57,269 bases of DNA from Lentisphaerota bacterium. Lineage in GTDB: Bacteria > Verrucomicrobiota > Kiritimatiellia > RFP12 > JAAYLN01. A program made the translations under genes and the position numbers. The DNA lies in contig JAAYLN010000204.1 in the NCBI GenBank assembly GCA_012521875.1, forward strand, positions 1 through 57,269, read 5' to 3'. Positions 26,831 through 36,500 of this stretch are shown in pieces (within the stretch, counting starts at the first letter, position 1; each line of letters opens with the position of its first letter). The notes under the pieces are model-generated. The model saw only the letters and a program-made list of their open reading frames with translations, ran no database searches and had not been told where the DNA came from.

Positions 26831-28405
26831 CTAGAAGGGCTTTACCAGTTTACGGCGCAGCATCTTCTCGTAGATGTCGATGTAGTGCTGGGCGCAGACG
26901 TTGTGATTGAAGCGTGCCTTGCCGTCAAGCATGATGCGCGTTACCTCCCGCGCGCGGACTTCGGCGGGCTCCTGCCAGAAGCGCATGGCCTCGTCGATGG
27001 CCCAGGCGAGGCCCTCGTTGCTGTAGCGGCGGAAGACGAAGCCGTTGCCGGTTCCCGCCTTCAGGTTGATGTGCTCGACCGTATCGTGCAGACCGCCCGT
27101 GTCGTGAACCAGCGGCAGCGAGCCGTAGATCACGCCGATCATCTGCGGCAATCCGCAGGGCTCGAAGCGCGAGGGCATCAGCAGGAAGTCGGACGAGGCA
27201 TAGGCCTGGCGCGAGAGGCGCTCGTCGAAATCGCAGACCGAGAGGCGCCCGTAGAGGTCGTGCATCTGCAGAATGTCGCGGAAGTGGCGCTGGTAGGCGC
27301 CATTCGCCACCAGCACCAGTTGCATGTTCTGCTTGTGGTACTTCTCCAGCGTTTTGTAGAGGATGTTGGTCAGCAGTTCGGGACCCTTCTGCACCGGATC
27401 GAGGCGCGACGGCCAGAAGAAGAGCGGCGCGTCCGGATCAACCGTAAGCCCGACCTTCTCCTGGAAGACGCGCTTGTTCTCGCGCTTGGCGGCGGCGGCG
27501 TTCTCCGCATCGTAGCGCTGCGTCAGCACGTCGTCCACGGCCGGGTCGTAGGAGAAGTCGGGCGCGTTGAGGATGCCCACGGCGCAGTCGGCCAGCCGCT
27601 TGCTGACCATCTCGCTGCGCTGGTTGCGCGGCACGAAGCTGTGTTCGCCGCGGACGATCTCCTCGAGGAAGGTGGGGCTGACCGTGTTGATGAAGTGCGC
27701 GGCGAAGACACCGCTGGTCTGCAGGTCAACGGGGTTGGTGCTGCGCGTCTCCTCGTAGTTGTACGGCACACGGCTGTAGTAGAGGTACTTCCAGAACTCG
27801 GCGGCATCGATGCCCGCATCCTCCATCCGCGCCAGAGTCACGTCGTAGGTGTGGATGTTGTGTACCGTGAAGAGGCTCGGGATGCCCAGCCGGCGCGCCG
27901 CCGCCGGAATCAGCCCGGTCATCCAGTCGTTGCAGTGGATCAGGTCGGGATTGACCGTCGGGATGATGTGGTTGATGATCTCGCGCTGGAAGGCCAGCGC
28001 CAGCAGCGGGTTCTCCTCGTAGTCGTTGCTATAGACGGCGTCGCGGTAGTAGAAGCAGCGATCCTCGGCCAGATGGATGCGCGAATCGGTGAGGCGGTTC
28101 TTGTAGACGCGCAGCTCGTTGCTAATCAGCCGCCCCACGTCCATGTGGAACATGCGCCGGTAGTGCGGTAGCGCGACGTGGACGTCGGCCCCCAGCTCGA
28201 AGAGCGCGGAGACCAGCGAGGCGGAGACGTCCGCCAGACCTCCCGCCTTGGCGTTGGTCGCCTGCGCCAGGTTGCCCATCCCCGGCGGCAGGTAGGTGAT
28301 CTCCGGCGTGACGATCAGGATACGCGGCTTGCGTGGGCGCCTGATGCTGATACTGTGGCCATTGCCATTGTCGTTACCGTTGCTGTTCTGCACCATTATT
28401 GCCAA
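26831..28405 (-). CDS. glgA: Glycogen/starch synthase (GT5)
   Basis: RILIVTPEITYLPPGMG..AKAGGLADVSASL (K-x-GGL motif). C-terminal ..MPSRFEPCGLPQMIGVIYGSLPLV. Confidence 0.9.
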   Translation of the reverse strand: MAIMVQNSNGNDNGNGHSISIRRPRKPRILIVTPEITYLPPGMGNLAQATNAKAGGLADVSASLVSALFELGADVHVALPHYRRMFHMDVGRLISNELRVYKNRLTDSRIHLAEDRCFYYRDAVYSNDYEENPLLALAFQREIINHIIPTVNPDLIHCNDWMTGLIPAAARRLGIPSLFTVHNIHTYDVTLARMEDAGIDAAEFWKYLYYSRVPYNYEETRSTNPVDLQTSGVFAAHFINTVSPTFLEEIVRGEHSFVPRNQRSEMVSKRLADCAVGILNAPDFSYDPAVDDVLTQRYDAENAAAAKRENKRVFQEKVGLTVDPDAPLFFWPSRLDPVQKGPELLTNILYKTLEKYHKQNMQLVLVANGAYQRHFRDILQMHDLYGRLSVCDFDERLSRQAYASSDFLLMPSRFEPCGLPQMIGVIYGSLPLVHDTGGLHDTVEHINLKAGTGNGFVFRRYSNEGLAWAIDEAMRFWQEPAEVRAREVTRIMLDGKARFNHNVCAQHYIDIYEKMLRRKLVKPF

Positions 28406-28420
28406 GTCCCATCACGTTTG

Positions 28421-28447
28421 AAAAACCATCCGGCGGCTTACGCCGCC
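28421..28447 (-). terminator. Terminator-like hairpin between the 738-aa gene and glgA
   Basis: Minus strand reads GGCGGC-gtaa-GCCGCC-ggatgg-TTTTTC. Confidence 0.45.
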
Positions 28448-28459
28448 AATTGTTTAAAT

Positions 28460-30676
28460 TTAGGGTAGCATAACCCCGGCGCATTGGCAAACATTAGACT
28501 TCCAGCGCAGCAACCGTACACTGCCCGCGGCCATGGGCGCGAGCGGTTCAACGCTCTCCCGTCCCGGCTCGGCGGCCGATTCCAGCGTGTAGCCCGGCAC
28601 CTCCAGCGTGAACGGTGCCACTTCATGGGTTGGATTCCAGATTGCCACGCCGAACCGGTCGCCGGCGGCAAACCCCTTGGCCACGAGATCCTTGCCGGCC
28701 AGGGTGAAGCCCTCGCTGTCCGTAAAACGGCCGTGCCAGAAAAACGCCGCGTTTGCACGCTGGAAGTCAATCGCCGCCTTCAGGTAGCGCGTGGCCTCGT
28801 CGGGCGGCGTGGACTGCATCATCACCACATCCGGCTTGCCGACCACATGCGTGTAGTCGTCCATTTCCGGCACGCGGCCGTGCAGCAGGTAGGCCACATC
28901 CGGCCCGTAGCGCGACTCGAGCTCGTAGCGCATCCCGTACACGCAGGTGTAGTTCACCATGTCGCGGTCCATCATCGGCGTCGGAATGCGTACCGTGCTT
29001 ATCACCTCCGGAAAGGTGGTGCGGAAGAGCTCGGGGAAGGTATCCGCCACCCGGTCGGCGCGCAGGCGCGCCAGCATTTCCGCTGCGCACACGTAGAAGG
29101 TGCCCACCGTGCAGCCATGGAACATCGCCACCGCATCCAGCGCACAGTCGTACAGCCCCTCGGTCATCACAATAAACTCGGGGTTGATGCGGCGCATGTG
29201 GTCGGCGATGCGCTTCAGGAAGACCGGACGCTCCACCTCATGCACCATGCAGGGCACCGGGTGGCCGTGGCCTGCGCCATGGCAGGCCATCGGCGGCATC
29301 ATCGCCAACTGGTCGTAGAGGATGCCGTCCGCCCCCAGCGCGCTGGCCTGTTCGGCCAGCGCCAGCATGCGGTCATACCAGGCCTGCGCATGGAGGCATC
29401 CCAGATCAAAGCGGTAAACCGGGATGTTGCCGTACTTGTGGTAGGTATGCTGGTAGGTGGTGCCGTCGCGCTGCGTGATGGCGATGTCCCTGCCTACCGT
29501 GCGCCAGAATTCGGTGGCCTCGCGCTCCTGAAGCTGGCCGTTGGCGTAGATGATCGTGCGCTTGCCCCGCCGCCGGGCCTCCTGCAAGCCCCTTTTCAGC
29601 GCCTCCGCGCCGCCCATCGCGGGACAGGGGTGATAGTCGGGATAGAGGTGATCATGACCGCCGTGCGCCCAGCCGAACAGCCCGATCATATCCAGCCCGC
29701 GGGCATCGGCCACGTCGCACAGCTTGTCCAGCGCGGTGTAGAGCCACATGATCTCGCCATTCTGCTGCTTCAGGATCGCGAGCAGCCAGCCCGATATCCC
29801 GCGCACCCACGCCGGCCCCTCGCGCAGCCTGCCTACCGTATTGAACCAGGCACGGTAGAGGCGCGCCGCCACATGCCTGGTGCCCGCATACGGCCGGAGC
29901 ACAACCGGCGCCAGTTCCACGCTTTCACCGCTGCGGCAGAAGAAGTCGTGGCGCACCGCCATGCCGAAGCGTTTCGTGGCGGGATCGTAGCGCAGACTCA
30001 GCCGCTTGGCGCGGTGCAGCGGGTCATGGCTGCCGACATAGAGGCCGCCCTTGCGGCCCGCGAGCGCGAACCACTGCATGGTGCCGTGTGCGCAGGGATA
30101 GGCCACCCCCGTTTCATAGCCGTCACCCAGCCGCTGCCAGCCCCCCTGCTCCTCGCCGGGCGCCGGGACGCGGTTGATGCGCTTGCCGAACCCCTCCGGC
30201 AGCAGTGCCGGGGAGTCGGCCAGATCCGCCCCGATCCCGTTCAGCACCGGCCCCGTGAAGCCGGTCAGCAGCCAGCCGCGCGCCTCATGCGTGACCGCCC
30301 CCGTCACCGTGAAGCCATCGCCCGAGGCATGGAACTCCAGCGTCAGCCCGATTCTGAAGACCCGTCCGCCGTCCGTCAGCCGCTCATAGACCAGCCGCGC
30401 GCCACCATCCGGCAGCGCCTCCCGCCGTGCCGCGTCCTGTCTGAGGCTGGTGATCACCACCGCCTCCCCCTGCGCCGCCGGCACTGTGTCCGGCTCCAGC
30501 GTCAGGCTCCAGAACGGCTCACCCGTCGCCCGGCTTGCCGGACACCCCGCCACCGACGGCGTCAGGCTGAGCCCCTTGGCACCCACCGACAACCTGCCCT
30601 TGCCCGCTGTGATGGTAACGTCGCCGGAGTCGTTCGAGGTGTTTCTATTAGAGGAGTTCATGTGTAAGTCAGTCAT
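28460..30676 (-). CDS. Hypothetical 738-aa protein, possibly carbohydrate-active, at the head of the glycogen gene block
   Basis: Long protein-like ORF. ATG at 30676 is preceded by AGAGG. Segments such as GLFGWAHGGHDHLYPDYHP and IIYANGQLQ resemble TIM-barrel glycosidase-like proteins. No family could be named by eye. Confidence 0.6.
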   Translation of the reverse strand: MTDLHMNSSNRNTSNDSGDVTITAGKGRLSVGAKGLSLTPSVAGCPASRATGEPFWSLTLEPDTVPAAQGEAVVITSLRQDAARREALPDGGARLVYERLTDGGRVFRIGLTLEFHASGDGFTVTGAVTHEARGWLLTGFTGPVLNGIGADLADSPALLPEGFGKRINRVPAPGEEQGGWQRLGDGYETGVAYPCAHGTMQWFALAGRKGGLYVGSHDPLHRAKRLSLRYDPATKRFGMAVRHDFFCRSGESVELAPVVLRPYAGTRHVAARLYRAWFNTVGRLREGPAWVRGISGWLLAILKQQNGEIMWLYTALDKLCDVADARGLDMIGLFGWAHGGHDHLYPDYHPCPAMGGAEALKRGLQEARRRGKRTIIYANGQLQEREATEFWRTVGRDIAITQRDGTTYQHTYHKYGNIPVYRFDLGCLHAQAWYDRMLALAEQASALGADGILYDQLAMMPPMACHGAGHGHPVPCMVHEVERPVFLKRIADHMRRINPEFIVMTEGLYDCALDAVAMFHGCTVGTFYVCAAEMLARLRADRVADTFPELFRTTFPEVISTVRIPTPMMDRDMVNYTCVYGMRYELESRYGPDVAYLLHGRVPEMDDYTHVVGKPDVVMMQSTPPDEATRYLKAAIDFQRANAAFFWHGRFTDSEGFTLAGKDLVAKGFAAGDRFGVAIWNPTHEVAPFTLEVPGYTLESAAEPGRESVEPLAPMAAGSVRLLRWKSNVCQCAGVMLP

Positions 30677-30717
30677 GGGCGCCTCTTGCAAGAGCCTCAT
30701 TGAAATCAACATGCCGT

Positions 30718-31521
30718 TCACGGTAGCTGGAGCAGCGTTTCCAGGTTTTCGCGATCAATCAGGGCTACATCCTGCGGCCTCTCCAGGAAGGGGCCGACAT
30801 CGTCGCGCACGGCCTTGAAGTCCAATGTGGCCACCTTTTCACACACAAGCCGGCGCCAGGATTGCGCGTTAACGTTATCGGTTCCCTGCGTCTGATCCAG
30901 CGCGTTTTGCAGCAAGGGCAGATTCGGTTCCACGGGAGGTCGTTGTGAAAGGTACCAGATCAGGTCGTACCAGTCCCGTCCCTTGACATACTTGCGGGTG
31001 AGGACGGCGTGGAGCTTGCCCGCCATAAGCGAGGGTCTGTCGTAAAACTGCGCCAGAAAAGTCAGGTGCCGGGTGACGATGCGCCTCTCGCAATGCGCCC
31101 CCGCGGGCGGTCGCGAGTCGATCTCCACCTTGATGGCCAGCTTTTCTGTGGGCTGCCCCGACAGCCCTGCCTCATATAGGATGCCTGCGATGCGCACCCA
31201 GCCGGTATGCACCGTTTTGCGATCATTCCAGGTCGCCTCCGGCTCAAAGCCCGCCAACGCCAAGTCCCGCTTCACCTTGGCCATCCACTCCCGGCCTGCG
31301 TATCCTTCACCCGCCACAAGCGAGAAGTCCAGATCTTCCGAGAATCGCGGAAGGTTGTGCAAAAAGCGCAGTGCCGTGCCCCCGACAAAAGCCAGCGGCC
31401 GGAACACCTCGCTCTCGTGGAACGAGCGCAGCACGAAGGCCTGCAGATATTCCCGCAGCCGGTTCAGAGCTTGCCCCGGATCGGACAGGCCTTGGATCAA
31501 TGCCAGAGCTTCCTCTTTCAT
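30718..31521 (-). CDS. abiEii: AbiEii/AbiGii-family nucleotidyltransferase toxin (type IV TA)
   Basis: LREYLQAFVLRSF..PLAFVGGTALRFLHNLPRFSEDLDFSLV. A 4-nt overlap with the upstream antitoxin gene. Confidence 0.85.
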   Translation of the reverse strand: MKEEALALIQGLSDPGQALNRLREYLQAFVLRSFHESEVFRPLAFVGGTALRFLHNLPRFSEDLDFSLVAGEGYAGREWMAKVKRDLALAGFEPEATWNDRKTVHTGWVRIAGILYEAGLSGQPTEKLAIKVEIDSRPPAGAHCERRIVTRHLTFLAQFYDRPSLMAGKLHAVLTRKYVKGRDWYDLIWYLSQRPPVEPNLPLLQNALDQTQGTDNVNAQSWRRLVCEKVATLDFKAVRDDVGPFLERPQDVALIDRENLETLLQLP

Positions 31522-32159
31522 AACGTCTCCGTTCCATGGTCAGCGTCAGCCGCCAGCCTAAGCCAGCGCTCAACCGCCCTGCCGAGGCGTGGACTCCGGA
31601 ACCGTTCGGCATAGCGCATGAGCTGCTCCGCCTTAACCTGTGCGACATGCTGGTACCGCATCTCATCAAGCCGTTCCGCCGTCCACTCCCCTGCCGTCAG
31701 ATACCAGTGATCCAGCAAGGCCTTCTCCGGCTCCGCGATCAGGAATTTCTGCTCGCCGACATCAACAGCCCGGAATCCGAAGAAGTAGTCCTGCTTGATG
31801 CTGCGGTAGTCGAAAGTGCCGTAAGGATTCTCAAAGCAGCGCGGCACGCGCGGCGTCACGCTGGTGTACCGGACAACGCGCTCCGGGATCAGGTCATAAT
31901 ACCCCAGTGCCCACAGGCTGCTGAGGTATGAGGGCCGGTACAATGCGTTCGCGAGCACAGCGGGGTTCACCGGAGCGCGCCTGAAGGCCTCGGGAAGCGT
32001 GTACATCCCGCGCCTAAGCCCGATGACCTTGCCCTGCGTCATCCAGCGTGAGAGCTGTACCAGGATCACATCCCGCCGGTCATTAAACGCCTGCGTCAGC
32101 AGCGCCAGATCAAAACATGGCATGGCGCTGGTCAGCTTGACAACATTTGCGTAATCCAT
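31518..32159 (-). CDS. abiEi: AbiEi-family antitoxin/transcriptional regulator
   Basis: LSRWMTQGKVIGLRRGMYTL...YRPSYLSSLWALGYYDLIPERV...LIAEPEKALLDHWY. Confidence 0.8.
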   Translation of the reverse strand: MDYANVVKLTSAMPCFDLALLTQAFNDRRDVILVQLSRWMTQGKVIGLRRGMYTLPEAFRRAPVNPAVLANALYRPSYLSSLWALGYYDLIPERVVRYTSVTPRVPRCFENPYGTFDYRSIKQDYFFGFRAVDVGEQKFLIAEPEKALLDHWYLTAGEWTAERLDEMRYQHVAQVKAEQLMRYAERFRSPRLGRAVERWLRLAADADHGTETL

Positions 32160-32163
32160 ATGC

Positions 32164-32184
32164 GTAACATAACAAAACTGTTAC
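32164..32184 (-). promoter_or_regulatory. Operator-like inverted repeat in the AT-rich stretch upstream of abiEi
   Basis: GTAACA-9 nt-TGTTAC, 5-25 nt upstream of the ATG at 32159. AbiEi proteins are known autorepressors that bind inverted repeats. Confidence 0.3.
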
Positions 32185-32361
32185 TTATTGTAAATAGATT
32201 GCAAAGCCTTGCAGTTGTGGGCTTGCAGTCTGGCCCAGCAGCTTTCTTTCCAGCCCCATCCGCACGCGGCGGGGACGCCGCGTCCGCGATACTTTGTCGA
32301 AAGCAACAGGGAAAACCCACGCGAAGGCACGAAGAATAGGAAACCGCGAATGCACGAAAGC

Positions 32362-32526
32362 GAAAGATTAAGCAGGTGGTTTAAGCGTGCCGATTAAGTG
32401 TTTAAGAGAGGGTTTAAGACCAGTGGGTGCTGCGCTCTAACACTTTGTCTCCGCTCTTTGTCTCCACGCTTTGTCGGGTACGCTTCGTCCCCTCACTTTG
32501 TTCCTACGCTTTGTCGAAAGCTAAGG
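32362..32526 (+). repeat. TTAAG/CTTTGTC composite element, copy T5
   Basis: GAAAGATTAAGCAGGTGGTTTAAGCGTGCCGATTAAGTGTTTAAGAGAGGGTTTAAG, then CTTTGTC units ending GCTTTGTCGAAAGC. Confidence 0.85.
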
Positions 32527-32546
32527 ATGGGGACAGCGTTTCCATC

Positions 32547-33206
32547 CTATCCAGCATTTCCAATCACTCCCTTCAATCCTTGCAGATAGGCGCTAACGCG
32601 CCGGCTGCGGAGACTCGCCAGAATCTCATCCAAGTCCTCAAACGAGAGTTCCCGCAGATCCTCCTCCTCGATGCGCAGCGATTCAGTCAGGTAGCTCAAG
32701 CAGTTCCCTTTCCAAGTGATGGACTTGTTGAGATAGACCAGATCGGCGATGGCGCGCAAGGGCGATGCAATGAACGCCCAGGCGTTTCGGGCAACCTCCA
32801 CGGCTTCGACGCCCGCGCGCGGTGCCAGTGCCGGAACACGCTGGAAGATGAACACCCCCAGCGGGGTCGCGAATTCCCGGCTGCGCGCGACCGTCACGCT
32901 GCTGACCTGATAGACCGCCTCGGGGATCAGCCCGTGATGCGCCAGGGCGGATTCGAGGCTGACATGCGATGGCGCGTGCAGGCAGGCGGCCAGTACAAAC
33001 GGATGCGGCTCGGTTTTACGATAAGGCGGCGCCAGCACATAGAGCCCCGGCTTCAGGCGATGGATTTCACCGGCCTGCACCGCCCGGTGTACCAGCAAAG
33101 TGCGGGCACCCGGGCTGGCATCCGGGAACAGGTTCGTAATGACGGTTGTGTCAAAAATCCCGCCCGGCGGCATCAGTTTGAAAACCCTATCCGTTAGCGT
33201 CTGCAT
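32547..33206 (-). CDS. Orphan AbiEi-like antitoxin paralog (no adjacent toxin)
   Basis: ATG at 33206. HRAVQAGEIHRLKPGLYVL...HAPSHVSLESALAHHGLIPEAV...IASPLRAIADLVYL has the same layout as the AbiEi at 31518-32159. Confidence 0.7.
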   Translation of the reverse strand: MQTLTDRVFKLMPPGGIFDTTVITNLFPDASPGARTLLVHRAVQAGEIHRLKPGLYVLAPPYRKTEPHPFVLAACLHAPSHVSLESALAHHGLIPEAVYQVSSVTVARSREFATPLGVFIFQRVPALAPRAGVEAVEVARNAWAFIASPLRAIADLVYLNKSITWKGNCLSYLTESLRIEEEDLRELSFEDLDEILASLRSRRVSAYLQGLKGVIGNAG

Positions 33207-33331
33207 TTGTGCGGCTACCTTACGCTTTTCGTAATCTGATTGCAAGAATATCGTTTTGGCCTCGCATTCGGCTGGCCGCAGGGGGGGGAGCACGAAGCCT
33301 TGCAGTTGTGGGCTTGCAGTCTTCCGGCCAC

Positions 33332-33485
33332 CCGGTACTGCCGGTACTACCGGTACTACCGGGACTACCGGTACTGCCATGAGCCGCAGCCCCCAGCCCC
33401 CTTTCGCCCCCTTTGTGCACACGGCATGCCGTGCGCCTATTGAGCCCGCGTCCACTGCCACTGCCTACTGCCACTGCCTACTGCT
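33332..33485 (+). repeat. Composite (CCGGTACT[GA])n ... (ACTGCC)n, co-linear with 7646-7812
   Basis: 9-mers at 33332-33378. ACTGCC units at 33452-33485. Confidence 0.85.
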
Positions 33486-33493
33486 ACGTCCCC

Positions 33494-33521
33494 GCGCGCC
33501 GCCGCCCCGGCGGCGGCGCGC
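33494..33521. terminator. Perfect 13-bp GC palindrome (bidirectional terminator-like or insulator hairpin)
   Basis: GCGCGCCGCCGCC-cc-GGCGGCGGCGCGC, between the orphan abiEi-like gene and metH. No U-tract. Confidence 0.4.
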
Positions 33522-33583
33522 ACTTGCCCCCCACCCCCCGCTAAGTGTACACTGCGGGAGTAAGCACAGAGAAAAGCAACACC

Positions 33584-36500
33584 ATGTCCGCACATCCTCT
33601 CCACACCCTCGCCGCCTCCCGCGTCCTCGTCCTCGACGGTGCCATGGGCACCATGCTGCAGCGCCTCGGCCTGCCGGAGGAGGCCTTCCACGCCCCCGGC
33701 ATCCCCGAAAACATTGCGCAGAAGGGCAACAACGACGTCCTCTGCCTCTCGCGCCCCGACGCCATCGCCGCCATCCACCGCCAGTATCTCGAGGCCGGGG
33801 CCGACCTCGTCTCCACCAACACCTTCAACGCCAATGCCATCTCCCAGCATGAGTACGGTACCGAGGCCCTCGTTTACGACATCAGCAAGGCCGGTGCCGC
33901 CATCGCCCGGCGCGAGGCCGACGCCTTCTCCACGCCGGAGCGCCCGCGCTTCGTCTGCGGCAGCATCGGCCCCACCGGCAAGTCGGCCTCGCTGCCGCCC
34001 GACGCCGACGACCCCGCTCATCGCGACATCCGCTTCCGTGAACTAGCCGAAGCCTACCGCACGCAAATCCGCGGCCTGCTCGATGGCGGTGCCGACGTGC
34101 TGCTCGTCGAGACGGTCTTCGACGCGCTCAACGCCAAGGCCGCGCTCTACGCGGCGGCGGTCGAGTCCGGGACCCGTGGCACGGTGGCACCTGTCATCGT
34201 CTCCGCCTCCCTCGCCAGCGCCGACCGCCTGCTTACCGGCCAGACCGTCGAGGCCTTCTGTACCGCCGTCGCCCACGCCCCCGGCCTGCTGGCCATCGGC
34301 CTCAACTGCGGCTTCGGCGCCGCGCAGCTCGCCCCCGTCCTGCGCCGCCTCAAGGCGGTCGCCCCCTGTCACGTCAGCGCCCACCCCAACGCCGGCCTTC
34401 CCGACGCCTTCGGCAACTACACCCAGACGCCGGCGCAGATGCGCCGCGAGCTCGATCCCCTGCTGCGCGACGGCGTTCTCGCCATCGTCGGCGGCTGCTG
34501 CGGCACCACCCCCGACCACATCCGCGCCATCGCCGGGGCCGTGCGCGCCATCAACACCCCGCCGCACGCCCCGCAGCCGCCGTCCGCCGCCGCCTTCTCC
34601 GGCCTCGAACGCCTCGCAATCCCGTCCGGCCCGCACGCGCTCGTCGAGGTGGGCGAGCGCACCAACGTGGCGGGCTCGCGGCGCTTCCTGCGCCTCATCA
34701 AGGAGGAGGATCACGCGCAGGCCGTCGAGGTCGCCCGCGCCCAGGTCGTCGCCGGGGCCGCGATCATCGATGTCAACATGGACGACCCCCTGCTCGACGC
34801 CCCCGCCGCCATGCGCGGCTTCCTCAACCGCTGCGCCGCCGAGCCGACGCTCGCCGATGTCCCCGTGATGGTAGATTCCTCGAACTGGGAGACGCTCGTC
34901 GCCGGCCTCGAATGCCTGCAAGGCCGCGGCATCGTCAACTCCATCAGCCTCAAGGATGGCGAGGAAACCTTCCTCGGCCATGCCCGCGAAATCCACCGCC
35001 TCGGCGCCTGCCCGCTCGTGATGTGCTTCGACGAGAAGGGCCAGGCCGACACCCTCGAACGGCGTTGCGAGATCGCCGTGCGCAGCTACCGCCTGCTCGT
35101 CGCGGCCGGCATCCCGCCCGCGGAGATCATCATAGACGCCAACGTCTTTGCCATCGCCACGGGCATCGCCGGCCACGACCGCCTCGCCCTGGACTTCATC
35201 GAGGCTGTGCGCTGGATCAAGGCCAACCTGCCCGGCGCCCTCACCAGCGGCGGCATAAGCAACGTCTCGTTCGCCTTCCGCGGCAACAACACCCTGCGCG
35301 AATGGATCCACTCCGTCTTCCTGCACCACGCCGTCGCGGCCGGCCTCGACATGGCCATCGTCAACCCCGCCGCGATGGTCGCCTACGACGAGATTCCCGC
35401 CGAATCCCGCCGGGTCGTCGAGGACGCCGTCCTCTGCCGCACCCCCGACGCCGCCGCGCGCCTTGCCGAGCTGGCCGTCGCCACCATGGCGACCGCCCCC
35501 GCCGCCGCGCCCGCCGCCAAGGGCGGCACCGAGAAGAGCGCGCCGCCGCAGGAGCGCCTCAAGAGCGCCGTGGCCACCGGCAGCGCCGCCGGACTCGCTG
35601 CCGCCGTCACCGAGGCTATCGAGGAGTTGCGCCAGGCCGGGCGCGGCGACGCCGATGCCGCGCTGGCGCTGCTCGAGGGGCCGCTGATGGACGGGCTGGC
35701 GGTGGTCGGCGAGGCCTTCGGCGCCGGACGCCTCTTCCTGCCGCAGGTGCTCAAGAGTGCGCAGGTCATGAAGCAGGCCTCGGCGCTGCTCGAGCCCTTC
35801 ATGGCCGCAGGCTCCTCCGGGGCCGGCACTGCCGCGGCACGCAAGCCTAAGATGCTCATCGCCACCGTCAAGGGCGACGTACACGACATCGGCAAGAACA
35901 TCGTCGCCACCGTGATGCGCTGCAACGGCTGGGATGTGGCCGACCTCGGCGTGATGGTCGAGCGCGAGCGCATCCTGGCGCACGCCCGCAAGCACAATGT
36001 GGATGTCGTCGGCCTCTCCGGCCTCATCACCCCCTCGCTCGACGAGATGGTGCGCGTGGCGCAGGTCTTCGAGGAGGCGGGGCTCGACATTCCGCTGGTC
36101 GTCGGCGGCGCGGCGGTTTCGGAACTGCACACTGCGGTCAAGATCGCGCCGGCCTATTCCGGCATCGTCGCCTGCGGCGGCGACGCCTCCTCGATGCCCG
36201 GCCTCTGCGCCTCGCTGCTCCCCGGCCCGGGGCGGCGCGTCGCCACCGCAGCACATGCGGCACGCCACGAGGAGCTGCGCCAACAGTACGACCGGTCGCG
36301 CCAGCCGCGCATCTCCCTCGGGACGGCACGGCAGCGCGCCGCCGCGGCGGGGCGTCCCGCCCCATGCCTCACCGTGCCGCGCGATCCCGCGGTGCATGTC
36401 TTCCGCGACATCCCGCACGCCGAACTCGGGCCGCTGATCCCCTGGGCGATGCTGCTGGGCAGCTTCGGCTTCAGGAGCGCGGCGGAAAAACGCACGCCCG

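Noticed and set aside
33207-33583. Possible cobalamin or SAM riboswitch upstream of metH
   Set aside because: I found no B12-box-like or SAM-I core sequence. The region is fully accounted for by repeat modules and a GC palindrome.
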